NCBI GenBank assembly: GCA_900315195.1
Contig: OMYD01000001.1
Span: 2,338-66,337 of the forward strand
Direction of reading: 5' to 3'
Source of the DNA: an uncultured Eubacteriales bacterium
Lineage (GTDB): Bacteria > Bacillota > Clostridia > Oscillospirales > Acutalibacteraceae
DNA length: 64,000 bases
Shown: piece after piece, positions 1-9,072 of the stretch
How positions within the stretch are numbered: the first letter of the stretch is position 1
Layout of the letters: each line of letters starts with the position of its first letter
The notes under the pieces: generated by a model
Database searches by the model: none
What the model saw: the letters and a program-made list of their open reading frames with translations, nothing else
What the model was told of the DNA's origin: nothing
Program-made: the position numbers and the translations under genes

Positions 1-37
1 CGGATATTTTTATTTTATCACCTAGTGCCGAGGACAT
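1..37 (-). CDS. aroC: probable 5' end of chorismate synthase (runs off the window)
   Basis: GGAGGA RBS then ATG giving MSSALGDKIKIS..., which resembles AroC N-termini; directly downstream of aroA; only 12 codons visible. Confidence 0.55.
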   Translation of the reverse strand, partial: MSSALGDKIKIS

Positions 38-47
38 AATTTCCTCC

Positions 48-1313
48 TTAATCTATTGCAGATAATCCGCAAATCTCTGAATAATCCTTATAAAAATCGG
101 GGTAGCTTTTGTTAATGCTCCAAGGATCGGAGCATTTTATTTCGCCGTCGCATTTTGCCGCGCAAACAGCCGCCGACATAACAATTCGGTGGTCGTTGCA
201 GCCGTCAACCTCGGCTCCGTGAAGGCTCTCAACTCCCGTGATCTCCAGGCCGTCGGGCAGCTCGGTCACCTTGCCGCCAAGTGTGTTAAGCAGAGCCGCT
301 GTGGTTTTTATGCGGTCGCTCTCTTTTATGCGGAGCCTTTCGGCGTTGATGATTTTTGTTGTTCCCTCGGCAAAGCAGGCGCAGACCGCAAGTATCGGCA
401 CCAAATCGGGAATTTGCGCGGCGTCAATTGTAATCGCGCTCAAAGGAGCCTTTTTAACGGTTATTCTGCCGCCGTCCTGGTGAACCTCAGCGCCGAACTC
501 ACGCAGCAGAGCCGCTATTTTTCTGTCGCCCTGTGACGAGTCTATATTCGCGTTCACAACCGTAACGTTGCCGCCTACTGCGCCCGCCACAAGAAAGAAC
601 GCAGACTGTGACCAGTCGCCGTCTGTGACGTAATCGGTTGGAATATACTGCTGCATTCCGCGCACATGCCAGCCCTTGTCGGTCATGTCTACCTCTATGC
701 CAAACTTTGACATGGTGCGGATCGTCATGTTGATATAACCCGCGCTCTGGATCGGCGATGTGAGGACAATATCGCTGTCGCCCTTTAGCAGGGGCAGCGC
801 GAACAAAAGCCCTGTAATAAACTGCGAGCTGACGTTGCCGGGAATATAATATGTTCCGCTTTTAAGCCTGCCGCTTATTTTAAGCGGCAGCCCGCCCTGT
901 GTAGCGCAGTCAACGCCCTTTTCGGGCAGGGCGTCGGTATAAATACCAATTGGGCGCTCAGGCAGCCTGCCGCTGCCCGTAAAAGTCGCCTCAACGCCGC
1001 CAGCCGCCGCCACGGGAATCATAAAGCGCAGTGTGCTGCCGCTTTCACCGCAGTCAAGCTCAGCGGTTTTTTTGCTGAACATGCGTGAGCCGTCGACTGT
1101 CAGAACATTATCTTCAATTTTTGTCACCGCGCCGAGCGCCTCAACGCAGCGGATGGTCGCCTTGATGTCCTCGGACAGCGCCACCGGAGAAATTGTGCAA
1201 ACACCGTTTGACAGCGCCGCGCAGATAATAGCGCGGTGCACGTCGCTCTTTGACGGCGGCGCGAACACTGTGCCGTCAGGTATAAACGGCTGAAATGTAA
1301 CGTTATTTTTCAT
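48..1313 (-). CDS. aroA: 3-phosphoshikimate 1-carboxyvinyltransferase (EPSP synthase)
   Basis: PPSKS, CGESGSTLRF, SSQF, RIKESDR, DHRIVMS, KSYPDF motifs. Confidence 0.97.
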   Translation of the reverse strand: MKNNVTFQPFIPDGTVFAPPSKSDVHRAIICAALSNGVCTISPVALSEDIKATIRCVEALGAVTKIEDNVLTVDGSRMFSKKTAELDCGESGSTLRFMIPVAAAGGVEATFTGSGRLPERPIGIYTDALPEKGVDCATQGGLPLKISGRLKSGTYYIPGNVSSQFITGLLFALPLLKGDSDIVLTSPIQSAGYINMTIRTMSKFGIEVDMTDKGWHVRGMQQYIPTDYVTDGDWSQSAFFLVAGAVGGNVTVVNANIDSSQGDRKIAALLREFGAEVHQDGGRITVKKAPLSAITIDAAQIPDLVPILAVCACFAEGTTKIINAERLRIKESDRIKTTAALLNTLGGKVTELPDGLEITGVESLHGAEVDGCNDHRIVMSAAVCAAKCDGEIKCSDPWSINKSYPDFYKDYSEICGLSAID

Positions 1314-1315
1314 AG

Positions 1316-2365
1316 TTATGTAGTAATGAAATCTTCCAGCTCGTCAAGCGGCAGAGGATAAATAAAGCTCTCGCCTATCCCCTTCAGCAAAACGAGGTTA
1401 ATGCTGCTTCCCGCGGTCTTTTTGTCGCCCATGGCAGCCTCAGCCATCTCGGCAAAGCCTGCGTTATCCCCGGTGGGAAGCTCGTATTTTTCACAAAGTG
1501 CTGAAATGCGGTCGGCGGTACCTTTGGGAGTAATCCCCTGCTTTTCGCCCGCGCGGGCAATAAGCACCATGCCCACGGCAACCGCCATTCCGTGCGTAAT
1601 GCCTGTAAAGTTGTAAATCTTTTCGATAGCGTGACCGAGAGTGTGTCCGAAATTAAGCAGCATCCTCTCGCCCGCCTCGCGCTCGTCTCGGCTTACGACG
1701 TCGCGCTTTATCGAAACGCAGGTTTCTATAACGTCCTCAATATGGCTGAGCGCGTCGACGGACTCAAGGTTTTCAAAAAACGCCGCGTCCTTAATGCAGC
1801 CGTATTTAATAACCTCGGCCATGCCGTCAGCGATGAACCTGTCGGGCAGAGTGTTGAGCGTGTCGGGGTCAATAAGCACGCCTATCGGCTGATGAAACGC
1901 TCCTACAAGGTTTTTGCCCTGAGGCAAATCGACGCCCGTCTTTCCGCCGACGGACGAATCCACCTGCGCAAGAAGCGAGGTAGGCACCTGAATAAAATCA
2001 ATTCCTCTAAGATATGTAGCCGCAGCGAAGCCCGCCATGTCGCCGCAGACTCCGCCGCCCAAAGCGACAATAACATCCTTGCGCGTCATGCGGAAATCAG
2101 CGAGCACCTTATAAATATTCTGAATTGTGCCGAGGTGCTTGCTCTCCTCACCCGCGGGGAAAATAAAAGTTTTTACATCTAAATTCTGTTTTGAAAGCGA
2201 ATTTAAAACGCGCCACTGATAATGCTGAGCGACGTTTGAGTCGGTGACAACAACCACCTTTCCGGCGCTTGAGAGCCTTTTTACATACTCGCCGCAGCAG
2301 TCTATTATGCCCCGCTCAATAAAAATATCATACGGTTTGCCCGTGCTGACATGTACGGTTTTCAT
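1316..2365 (-). CDS. aroB: 3-dehydroquinate synthase
   Basis: ALGGGVCGDMAGFAAATYLRGI, PTSLLAQVDSSVGGKTG, LNFGHTLGHAIE. Confidence 0.97.
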   Translation of the reverse strand: MKTVHVSTGKPYDIFIERGIIDCCGEYVKRLSSAGKVVVVTDSNVAQHYQWRVLNSLSKQNLDVKTFIFPAGEESKHLGTIQNIYKVLADFRMTRKDVIVALGGGVCGDMAGFAAATYLRGIDFIQVPTSLLAQVDSSVGGKTGVDLPQGKNLVGAFHQPIGVLIDPDTLNTLPDRFIADGMAEVIKYGCIKDAAFFENLESVDALSHIEDVIETCVSIKRDVVSRDEREAGERMLLNFGHTLGHAIEKIYNFTGITHGMAVAVGMVLIARAGEKQGITPKGTADRISALCEKYELPTGDNAGFAEMAEAAMGDKKTAGSSINLVLLKGIGESFIYPLPLDELEDFITT

Positions 2366-2374
2366 ATTTCCTCC

Positions 2375-3205
2375 TCATTCACCAAGAGCCTGCTTAACGC
2401 TATGCCCCTGCTCAAGCAGAGCGGCAAGTTTCTCGCGGTCCTCATCTTTTATCGCATGATACAGACTGCTCATGTTTTTATAGAGGATTTCAAGCTCCTC
2501 CAAAAGCGGCTCGCGGTTCTCCAAAAACAGCTCGCTCCAGAGCTTTGAGTTAATGTTGGCAACGCGCGAAACGTCGCGGTAGCTGCCCGCCGAAAAGCCC
2601 TTGTGATTAGGGCAGCTGGGGCTAAGCACATACGCGCACGCAAGAACATGCGGAAGCTGCGACGTAAAAGCGATCATTCGGTCGTGCTCCTCGGGCGTAG
2701 TGACCTTTATTGTACCGAAGCCGATTTCAAGCGCCAGCGACGCCAATGTGTTTACCGTCATTTTGTCGGCTCCGCAGGGAGTAATAATAAAGCTTGCTCC
2801 CATAAACAGGTTTTCGTCGCTCGCCTCAAAACCGTTCTTTTCCTTGCCCGCCATCGGGTGGCTGCCCACAAAGGTGAAGCCGTATTCCTCGGAGAGCTTT
2901 CTAAGCTGAGGGCAGAGCGCGGTTTTTATACCCGCCGCGTCGGTAACAATCGCGTCAGAGCGGATGTATTTTCCGTATTCATTAATAAAATCAACGCACG
3001 CCTGAGGATACATACAAAGTATTATAATATCCGCATCGCCAAGGCTTTCGGGCGTTCCTATAATATCAATCGCGCCCTCGGCAAGTGCCTTTTCCGCGAC
3101 GCTTTCGGTGCGGTTGATGCCGATAACAGTATGCGGCGTGTACGCTTTAAGCGCCTTGCAGTAGCTTCCGCCGATAATGCCCAGTCCGACAACTGCTATT
3201 TTCAT
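2375..3205 (-). CDS. tyrA: prephenate dehydrogenase
   Basis: GLGIIGGS Rossmann motif, SHPMAGKE, EEHDRMIAFTSQLPH. Confidence 0.93.
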   Translation of the reverse strand: MKIAVVGLGIIGGSYCKALKAYTPHTVIGINRTESVAEKALAEGAIDIIGTPESLGDADIIILCMYPQACVDFINEYGKYIRSDAIVTDAAGIKTALCPQLRKLSEEYGFTFVGSHPMAGKEKNGFEASDENLFMGASFIITPCGADKMTVNTLASLALEIGFGTIKVTTPEEHDRMIAFTSQLPHVLACAYVLSPSCPNHKGFSAGSYRDVSRVANINSKLWSELFLENREPLLEELEILYKNMSSLYHAIKDEDREKLAALLEQGHSVKQALGE

Positions 3206-4212
3206 CAGTTTAACGCCTTCTTTAGTGAGAATATTTTTTTAGCCACATCGTCAAACTGCTTGGGAGTAAGCGACTGAGCGCCGTCCGAAAGCGCGTGAGG
3301 CGGGTCGTTGTGCACTTCAATAATAAGTCCGTCGGCTCCCGCGGCAACGGCTGCCATAGCCAGCGGCTCAACAAGCCAGCTTTTGCCCGCGGCGTGGCTG
3401 GGATCGACAATTACGGGCAGGTGCGACAGCTTTTTGATTACGGGAATAGCCGACACATCAAGCGTGTTGCGAGTAAATGTTTCGTAGGTGCGTATACCTC
3501 TCTCGCAAAGCATGACCTTGTCGTTGCCGCCCGCCATAATATACTCGGCGCTCATAAGCCATTCCTCAATTGTAGCCGACAGCCCGCGCTTGAGCAGAAT
3601 GGGCTTGTCGGTTTTGCCCAGCTCCTTGAGAAGCTCAAAATTCTGCATGTTTCTAGCGCCGACCTGGATAATGTCGACATTTTCAAACATGTCGATATGC
3701 GACACGCGCATAATTTCGGTAACAATGGGCAGCCCCGTTTCCTTTCTGGCGGTTTTAAGCAGGTCAAGCCCCTCGGCCTTTAGCCCCTGAAACGCGTAGG
3801 GCGAGGTGCGAGGCTTGAAAGCGCCGCCGCGAAGCAGCGTTGCGCCTGACTTCTGAACGCTCTTAGCGATATCAACAATCTGCTGTTCGCTTTCAACCGA
3901 GCAGGGTCCCGCCATAATGTGCAGGCTTCCGTCGCCTATGGTGACGTTTTCGCTGATTTTTATTGCGGTGTTTTCGGGGTGGAACTTGCGGTTCGCCTTT
4001 TTATAAGGCTCCTGAACACGCTTGACGCTTTCAACAATGTCCTGCGCCTCGATATATTCAATATCGACCTGCGTTGTGTCGCCGATAAGACCGAGAACCG
4101 TGGAGTGTACGCCGTCCCAGCGGTTGATCTTAACGTCGTAGTCGTTTTTAAGCTTTTCGGTAAAGCTTAGCAACTGTTCGGGAGTGGTGGTTGGCTTTAA
4201 TACAATAATCAT
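3205..4212 (-). CDS. aroF: DAHP synthase (type I-beta, N-terminal ferredoxin-like regulatory domain)
   Basis: [49 protein letters not shown]. Confidence 0.95.
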   Translation of the reverse strand: MIIVLKPTTTPEQLLSFTEKLKNDYDVKINRWDGVHSTVLGLIGDTTQVDIEYIEAQDIVESVKRVQEPYKKANRKFHPENTAIKISENVTIGDGSLHIMAGPCSVESEQQIVDIAKSVQKSGATLLRGGAFKPRTSPYAFQGLKAEGLDLLKTARKETGLPIVTEIMRVSHIDMFENVDIIQVGARNMQNFELLKELGKTDKPILLKRGLSATIEEWLMSAEYIMAGGNDKVMLCERGIRTYETFTRNTLDVSAIPVIKKLSHLPVIVDPSHAAGKSWLVEPLAMAAVAAGADGLIIEVHNDPPHALSDGAQSLTPKQFDDVAKKIFSLKKALN

Positions 4213-4294
4213 AACTCAATTTACCTCGCTTATATTAAAATAAGATAATAGATATTTTACCACTTTAAAGCGCTGTAGTCAATAGAAAAAAGTA

Positions 4295-4801
4295 TTATTT
4301 CAGATTCAAAGCCTCAATAAGCGAATTTGTTGTTTTCATCGGGGTGCTCTCGCCTTTTACGACAATATCGGCAGCCGCGAGGTATTTCGGCATTCTGCTG
4401 TGATACAGTTCGGTAATAACCCTGTCCCTGTCGGGGCGCTGCAAAAGCGGGCGCTTTTTGTCATTTCGCAGGCGCAAACGGATAATTCGCAGAGGCACGT
4501 CCAGAAGCACAATGGTATCTGTTCCGCGGAACACCTCGACATTGCGCTCAAAGGTAAGCGCTCCGCCGCCCGTAGCTACAATAAGGTTTCGCTTCTTTGA
4601 AAGCTCTATGCACGCCTCGTGCTCAAGCTTTCGAAAGCCATCCTCACCGCTCTCGGCAAAAATCTCAGCGACAGTCTTGCCAGCCTGCTTTTCGATATAC
4701 TCATCCATGTCGATAAAGTGTCTGCCTGTTTTTTTTGCGGCGTTTTTTCCGATTGTAGATTTTCCGCAGCCCATAAAGCCGCAAAGAATAATATTGTTCA
4801 T
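4295..4801 (-). CDS. aroK: shikimate kinase
   Basis: GFMGCGKST Walker A, ATGGG, RPLL. Confidence 0.95.
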   Translation of the reverse strand: MNNIILCGFMGCGKSTIGKNAAKKTGRHFIDMDEYIEKQAGKTVAEIFAESGEDGFRKLEHEACIELSKKRNLIVATGGGALTFERNVEVFRGTDTIVLLDVPLRIIRLRLRNDKKRPLLQRPDRDRVITELYHSRMPKYLAAADIVVKGESTPMKTTNSLIEALNLK

Positions 4802-4834
4802 TGCCTTTTCCCCAGATTCTTTAACCGAGTAATC

Positions 4835-5677
4835 TTATTTATTAATCATAGCCTGAGCGGCGTCTTTGCAAAGCTGCTCAATATCGTTTTTGTCATACTC
4901 CGAGCCGTCCCAGATTTTATGCGCGGCCACAGCCTGATAAACGAGCATCGACATTCCGCCCTCCGCCTTGGCGCCGTTAGCCTTGGCGCGCTTTACAAGA
5001 GCGGTTTCATAGGGGTTGTAAATCGCGTCATACACCGCGCCGCATCTTCCTATAGCGCAGTTGTGGATCGGCTGCTCGTCAACATTCGGGTACATGCCCA
5101 CGGGAGTGGCGTTAATCAGCACGTCAACAGTGCCGATAATCTGGTCAATAAGGCCGAAGCTCACCTGCGCGTCGGGAATTTTTCTCGTAATATCAAGGCA
5201 TAAAAGCCCTGCCTTACCGACGCTCTCGCGGCGCACGGCAAACTCAAACGGCTTGTTCCTGAGCGCTATTTCATACGCCATGGTGCGCGCTACTCCGCCG
5301 CAGCCCAGAATCATAATTCTGCCGTCAAGCTCTATGCCCGCGGCTTCGATCGCCTTGATAAAGCCGTCGGGGTCAGTAGTGTAACCCTTGGCTTTTCCGT
5401 CGGTATTAGCCACGGTGTTTACGCTGCCGTACATCTTCGCCTTGTCGTCAAGCAAGTCAAGCAGCGGAATAATATTCTGCTTATGGGGAATGGTGATATT
5501 ATACCCGTCAAGGTGCTTCAGTGTGCGCTCATACTCCGTGGCAAGCGCGTCGGGAGCTATGTCAAGGGCGGTATATTCGGCGTCGATTCCCGCCAAATCA
5601 AAGAGTCTTTTGTGAATAAAAGGAGACATAGTGTGTCCGATAGGGTGTCCTATAACCGCATATTTCATTTTTGACAT
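4835..5677 (-). CDS. aroE: shikimate dehydrogenase
   Basis: GHPIGHTMSP, NITIPHK, SVNT, INATPVGM; ATG at 5677 follows GGAGGA. Confidence 0.95.
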   Translation of the reverse strand: MSKMKYAVIGHPIGHTMSPFIHKRLFDLAGIDAEYTALDIAPDALATEYERTLKHLDGYNITIPHKQNIIPLLDLLDDKAKMYGSVNTVANTDGKAKGYTTDPDGFIKAIEAAGIELDGRIMILGCGGVARTMAYEIALRNKPFEFAVRRESVGKAGLLCLDITRKIPDAQVSFGLIDQIIGTVDVLINATPVGMYPNVDEQPIHNCAIGRCGAVYDAIYNPYETALVKRAKANGAKAEGGMSMLVYQAVAAHKIWDGSEYDKNDIEQLCKDAAQAMINK

Positions 5678-5939
5678 TATAAATCCTCCGTTCAAATATC
5701 ATAATTAGCTATTCAATTTCAGATAGGATGATAATTATTTATGCAAAATCTGGAATTTTCCAAAAAATTTCAAAATACATATTGACAAAGCGGTAAAAAC
5801 TCAATAATATGGAAGTGTAACAAACAGGGTGTTTGTTTTACGATGATTAAATCCGATAATCATTGTAGCACAAAATATGTGCTTTTGTCTACTGTAAAAC
5901 TACAGGGCGGGTACATAATAATTTACAGGAGGAATTATC

Positions 5940-6167
5940 ATGGTATTGGAAAAAGTTAAGGCAATCCTTGCCGAGCAGTTCGATGTTGAAGAGGATAAAA
6001 TCACCGAGGAAACCGATCTTCAGGAAGATCTCGGCGCGGATTCTCTGGACGTTGTTGACCTTTTGATGTCAATTGAGGACGAGTTCGAGGTTGAGGTTCC
6101 CGATGAGGAAATCGAGAACATCAAGACTGTCGGCGCTCTTGTTGCTTACATCGAGGCTAACTCATAA
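5940..6167 (+). CDS. acpP: acyl carrier protein
   Basis: 75 aa acidic protein with DLGADSLD phosphopantetheine site; AGGAGG RBS. Confidence 0.97.
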   Translation: MVLEKVKAILAEQFDVEEDKITEETDLQEDLGADSLDVVDLLMSIEDEFEVEVPDEEIENIKTVGALVAYIEANS

Positions 6168-6184
6168 TTAACTTTTGTTTTCGC

Positions 6185-6216
6185 AAAAGACATTGACTTA
6201 TGTCAGTGTCTTTTTT
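6185..6216 (+). terminator. intrinsic terminator after acpP
   Basis: AAAAGACATTGAC-TTAT-GTCAGTGTCTTTTTT hairpin with T tract. Confidence 0.85.
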
Positions 6217-6300
6217 GTTTTGATCGCATGTTCCCATATTGCAAAAAATCTGGGCTTATGGTATACTAATAATATATCGTTTCAGGCAAGGAGCAAGCAG

Positions 6301-6864
6301 ATGACTACCCTAACCAAAGACGCAATCAAAAAATCCTTTATGAAGCTTTTAAACGCAAAGCCGATTAATAAAATAACCGTTAAGGAAATCGTAGAGGACT
6401 GCGGAATAAACCGCAATTCCTTTTACTATCACTTTGACGATATTCCATCGCTGACAGAGGAAATACTCAACGAGCAGGCAGATATGCTTGTCCAGACAAG
6501 CGGCAAGGACATGAACATCTACGAGAGCATTTTAAAGGGCATGGAGTTCGCCATGCAGAACAAGGCGGCAATGCTTCACCTTTATAATTCCGCAAACAAG
6601 GATGTTTTTGAGCGTTACCTCAACCGCGTGGCAAACTACACCGTAACCGAGTGCTTCAACGTCTATTTTTCGGAGGAAGACCTTTACGAGGAGGACAAAC
6701 AGGCAATTATCATGTATTACAAAAGCCTGCTTGTGGGCTTTGTTATAGAGTGGCTGAGCAGCGGAATGAAATACGATTTAAGAAACCAGGTTCGCCGCCT
6801 TTGCGAGCTGTTTGAGGGCACTACCGAAACCGCGGTTAAAAGGTGCCGCCGAAACGGCAATTAG
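6301..6864 (+). CDS. TetR/AcrR family transcriptional regulator
   Basis: N-terminal HTH KITVKEIVEDCGINRNSFYYHFDDI; AAGGAG RBS before ATG 6301. Confidence 0.92.
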   Translation: MTTLTKDAIKKSFMKLLNAKPINKITVKEIVEDCGINRNSFYYHFDDIPSLTEEILNEQADMLVQTSGKDMNIYESILKGMEFAMQNKAAMLHLYNSANKDVFERYLNRVANYTVTECFNVYFSEEDLYEEDKQAIIMYYKSLLVGFVIEWLSSGMKYDLRNQVRRLCELFEGTTETAVKRCRRNGN

Positions 6865-6918
6865 ACATTTTAATAAATTTGTCCAAAAAACGTGCATTGA
6901 GAAAAAAATGCACGTTTT
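6862..6918. promoter_or_regulatory. candidate TetR operator(s) upstream of the MMPL operon
   Basis: TAGACA-N12-TGTCCA imperfect dyad (6862-6885) and AAAACGTGCATT...AATGCACGTTTT dyad (6887-6918; could instead be the tetR terminator). Confidence 0.45.
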
Positions 6919-6977
6919 ACTTTTTTTATAAATAAAATATAATAAAATCGGAAAAAAGTGAAAAGGGAGTATGCATA

Positions 6978-9068
6978 ATGAAACTGGGAAAAGCGGTTGT
7001 AAAATGCCGCGTTATTATCCTTATAGTGACTCTTCTGCTGCTCATTCCGTCAATCTTCGGAATGATATTCACCAGAGTCAACTACGATATGCTCAACTAT
7101 CTGCCCGGGTCTCTGGACACTGTTAAAGGACAGAAATACATGCTTGAGGACTTTGGCAAGGGAGCGTTTTCGTTTTTGATTTTTGAGGACATGGACGAAA
7201 AGGATATAGGAAAAATCACCGATGATATCAAAGATGTCGACCATGTAGCCAGCGTTTTAAGCTTCAGCGACATCACGGACGGCACCATTCCGAAAGAATT
7301 ATTGCCCGATAAAATCTACAACGCGTTCAACAATGGCGACGACACTCTTGTGGCGGTATTTTTCGACACCTCAAGCTCTGCCGACGAAACCATGGACGCC
7401 ATCACCGAAATCCGCGGGATAGCGGGCAAGCAGTGCCTTGTATCGGGTATCTCGGCGATGGTCACCGACCTTCGCGACCTGTGCGAGCGCGAGGAAGCGA
7501 TTTACGTAGCGATTGCGGTAATCCTGGCGGTTGTCGCTATGGTGCTGTTCCTGGACAACTGGATTATTCCGTTTGTATTTTTGGCAAGCATCGGCGTGGC
7601 AATTCTGCTTAATATGGGCTCCAACTACTTCCTCGGTGAAATATCCTACATCACAAAAGCCCTGTCCGCGGTTTTGCAGCTGGCTGTTACAATGGACTAC
7701 TCAATCTTCCTGTGGCACAGCTACGGCGAGCATAAGCAAAAGTACCCCGACCATAAAGAGGCGATGGCGCACGCCATACACGAGACCTTCACCTCGGTAA
7801 TCGGCAGCTCAATAACCACCGTAGCGGGCTTTATAGCGCTTTGCTTTATGACATTTACGCTCGGACGCGACCTCGGAATAGTTATGGCTAAGGGCGTTCT
7901 GTTTGGCGTTGTTGGCTGCGTAACAGTGCTGCCGTCCATGATTCTTGTGCTCGACAAGGTTCTGGGCAAAACAATGCACCGCGCGCTTGTGCCATCACCC
8001 AAAAAGCTGGCGGGCGGAATTGTAAAAATTTTCCCCGTATTCCTTATCCTGTTCGCTATTATCGCGGTTCCGGCGTTTATGGGCTACCAAAAAACAAACA
8101 ACGAGGTATACTACGACCTCTCGCGCAGTCTGCCCAAGGATATGCCGAACGTCATAGCCAACACCAAGCTCAAGGATGAGTTCAAAATGGGCTCCACACA
8201 CATGGTGCTGGTAAACTCAAAGCTCCCCTCCAAGGACATCCGCAAAATGCAGGAGGAACTGAAACAAACGGACGGAATCAAATTCGGTATAGGGCTTGAG
8301 TCCCTTATCGGCCCCTCGATTCCCGAGGAGTTCATACCGGAATCCGTAAGCTCAATTCTAAAAAGCGACCGATGGGAGCTTATGCTGCTAAGCTCGGAAT
8401 ACAGGACCGCAACCGATGAAATGCGCACCCAGATAAAGGAGCTTAACGAAATAATCAAGAAATACGACAGCGACGGCCTGCTTGTAGGCGAAGCGGCGTG
8501 TACAAACGACCTTATAGACATCACCTCGGTTGACTTCGCAACCGTAAACGCGATTTCAATTATAGCCATCTTTATAATCATAGCTCTGGTAGAAAAGAGC
8601 ATTTCGCTGCCGCTGATTCTGGTATCGGTAATCGAGCTGGCGATCTTCATAAACCTGGGACTTCCGCATTATATGGGCGAGTCGCTGCCGTTCATAGCCC
8701 CGATATGTATCAGTACAATTCAGCTCGGCGCGACGGTCGACTACGCAATACTTATGACGACGCGATACAAAAAAGAGCGGTCGTCGGGCATAGAAAAACG
8801 CGAGGCGGTAAAAATCGCGCTGCAAACCTCAATTCCGTCGGTACTCGTCAGCGCTATGGGACTTTTCGCGGCGACGGTCGGCGTAGCTGTTTATTCCGAC
8901 GTTGACATGATCGGTTCATTGTGTGCTCTTATGGCACGCGGCGCAATTATCAGCATGCTCTGCGTTGTAATTTTCCTGCCCGCAATGTTTATGCTGTTTG
9001 ACAAGTTTATCGGAGTAACAACAATCGGTTTCAGACCAAAGAAATTATCGGAAAAGTCGGAGGGATAA
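6978..9068 (+). CDS. MMPL/RND-family membrane transporter
   Basis: two repeats of 1 TM + extracellular loop + 5 TM; QLAVTMDYSIFL and QLGATVDYAIL motifs. Confidence 0.88.
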   Translation: MKLGKAVVKCRVIILIVTLLLLIPSIFGMIFTRVNYDMLNYLPGSLDTVKGQKYMLEDFGKGAFSFLIFEDMDEKDIGKITDDIKDVDHVASVLSFSDITDGTIPKELLPDKIYNAFNNGDDTLVAVFFDTSSSADETMDAITEIRGIAGKQCLVSGISAMVTDLRDLCEREEAIYVAIAVILAVVAMVLFLDNWIIPFVFLASIGVAILLNMGSNYFLGEISYITKALSAVLQLAVTMDYSIFLWHSYGEHKQKYPDHKEAMAHAIHETFTSVIGSSITTVAGFIALCFMTFTLGRDLGIVMAKGVLFGVVGCVTVLPSMILVLDKVLGKTMHRALVPSPKKLAGGIVKIFPVFLILFAIIAVPAFMGYQKTNNEVYYDLSRSLPKDMPNVIANTKLKDEFKMGSTHMVLVNSKLPSKDIRKMQEELKQTDGIKFGIGLESLIGPSIPEEFIPESVSSILKSDRWELMLLSSEYRTATDEMRTQIKELNEIIKKYDSDGLLVGEAACTNDLIDITSVDFATVNAISIIAIFIIIALVEKSISLPLILVSVIELAIFINLGLPHYMGESLPFIAPICISTIQLGATVDYAILMTTRYKKERSSGIEKREAVKIALQTSIPSVLVSAMGLFAATVGVAVYSDVDMIGSLCALMARGAIISMLCVVIFLPAMFMLFDKFIGVTTIGFRPKKLSEKSEG

Positions 9069-9072
9069 AATT

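Noticed and set aside
4213-4294. T-box or attenuator for the aro genes
   Set aside because: The intergenic region is too short and AT-rich; no T-box motif seen here or upstream of aroE.
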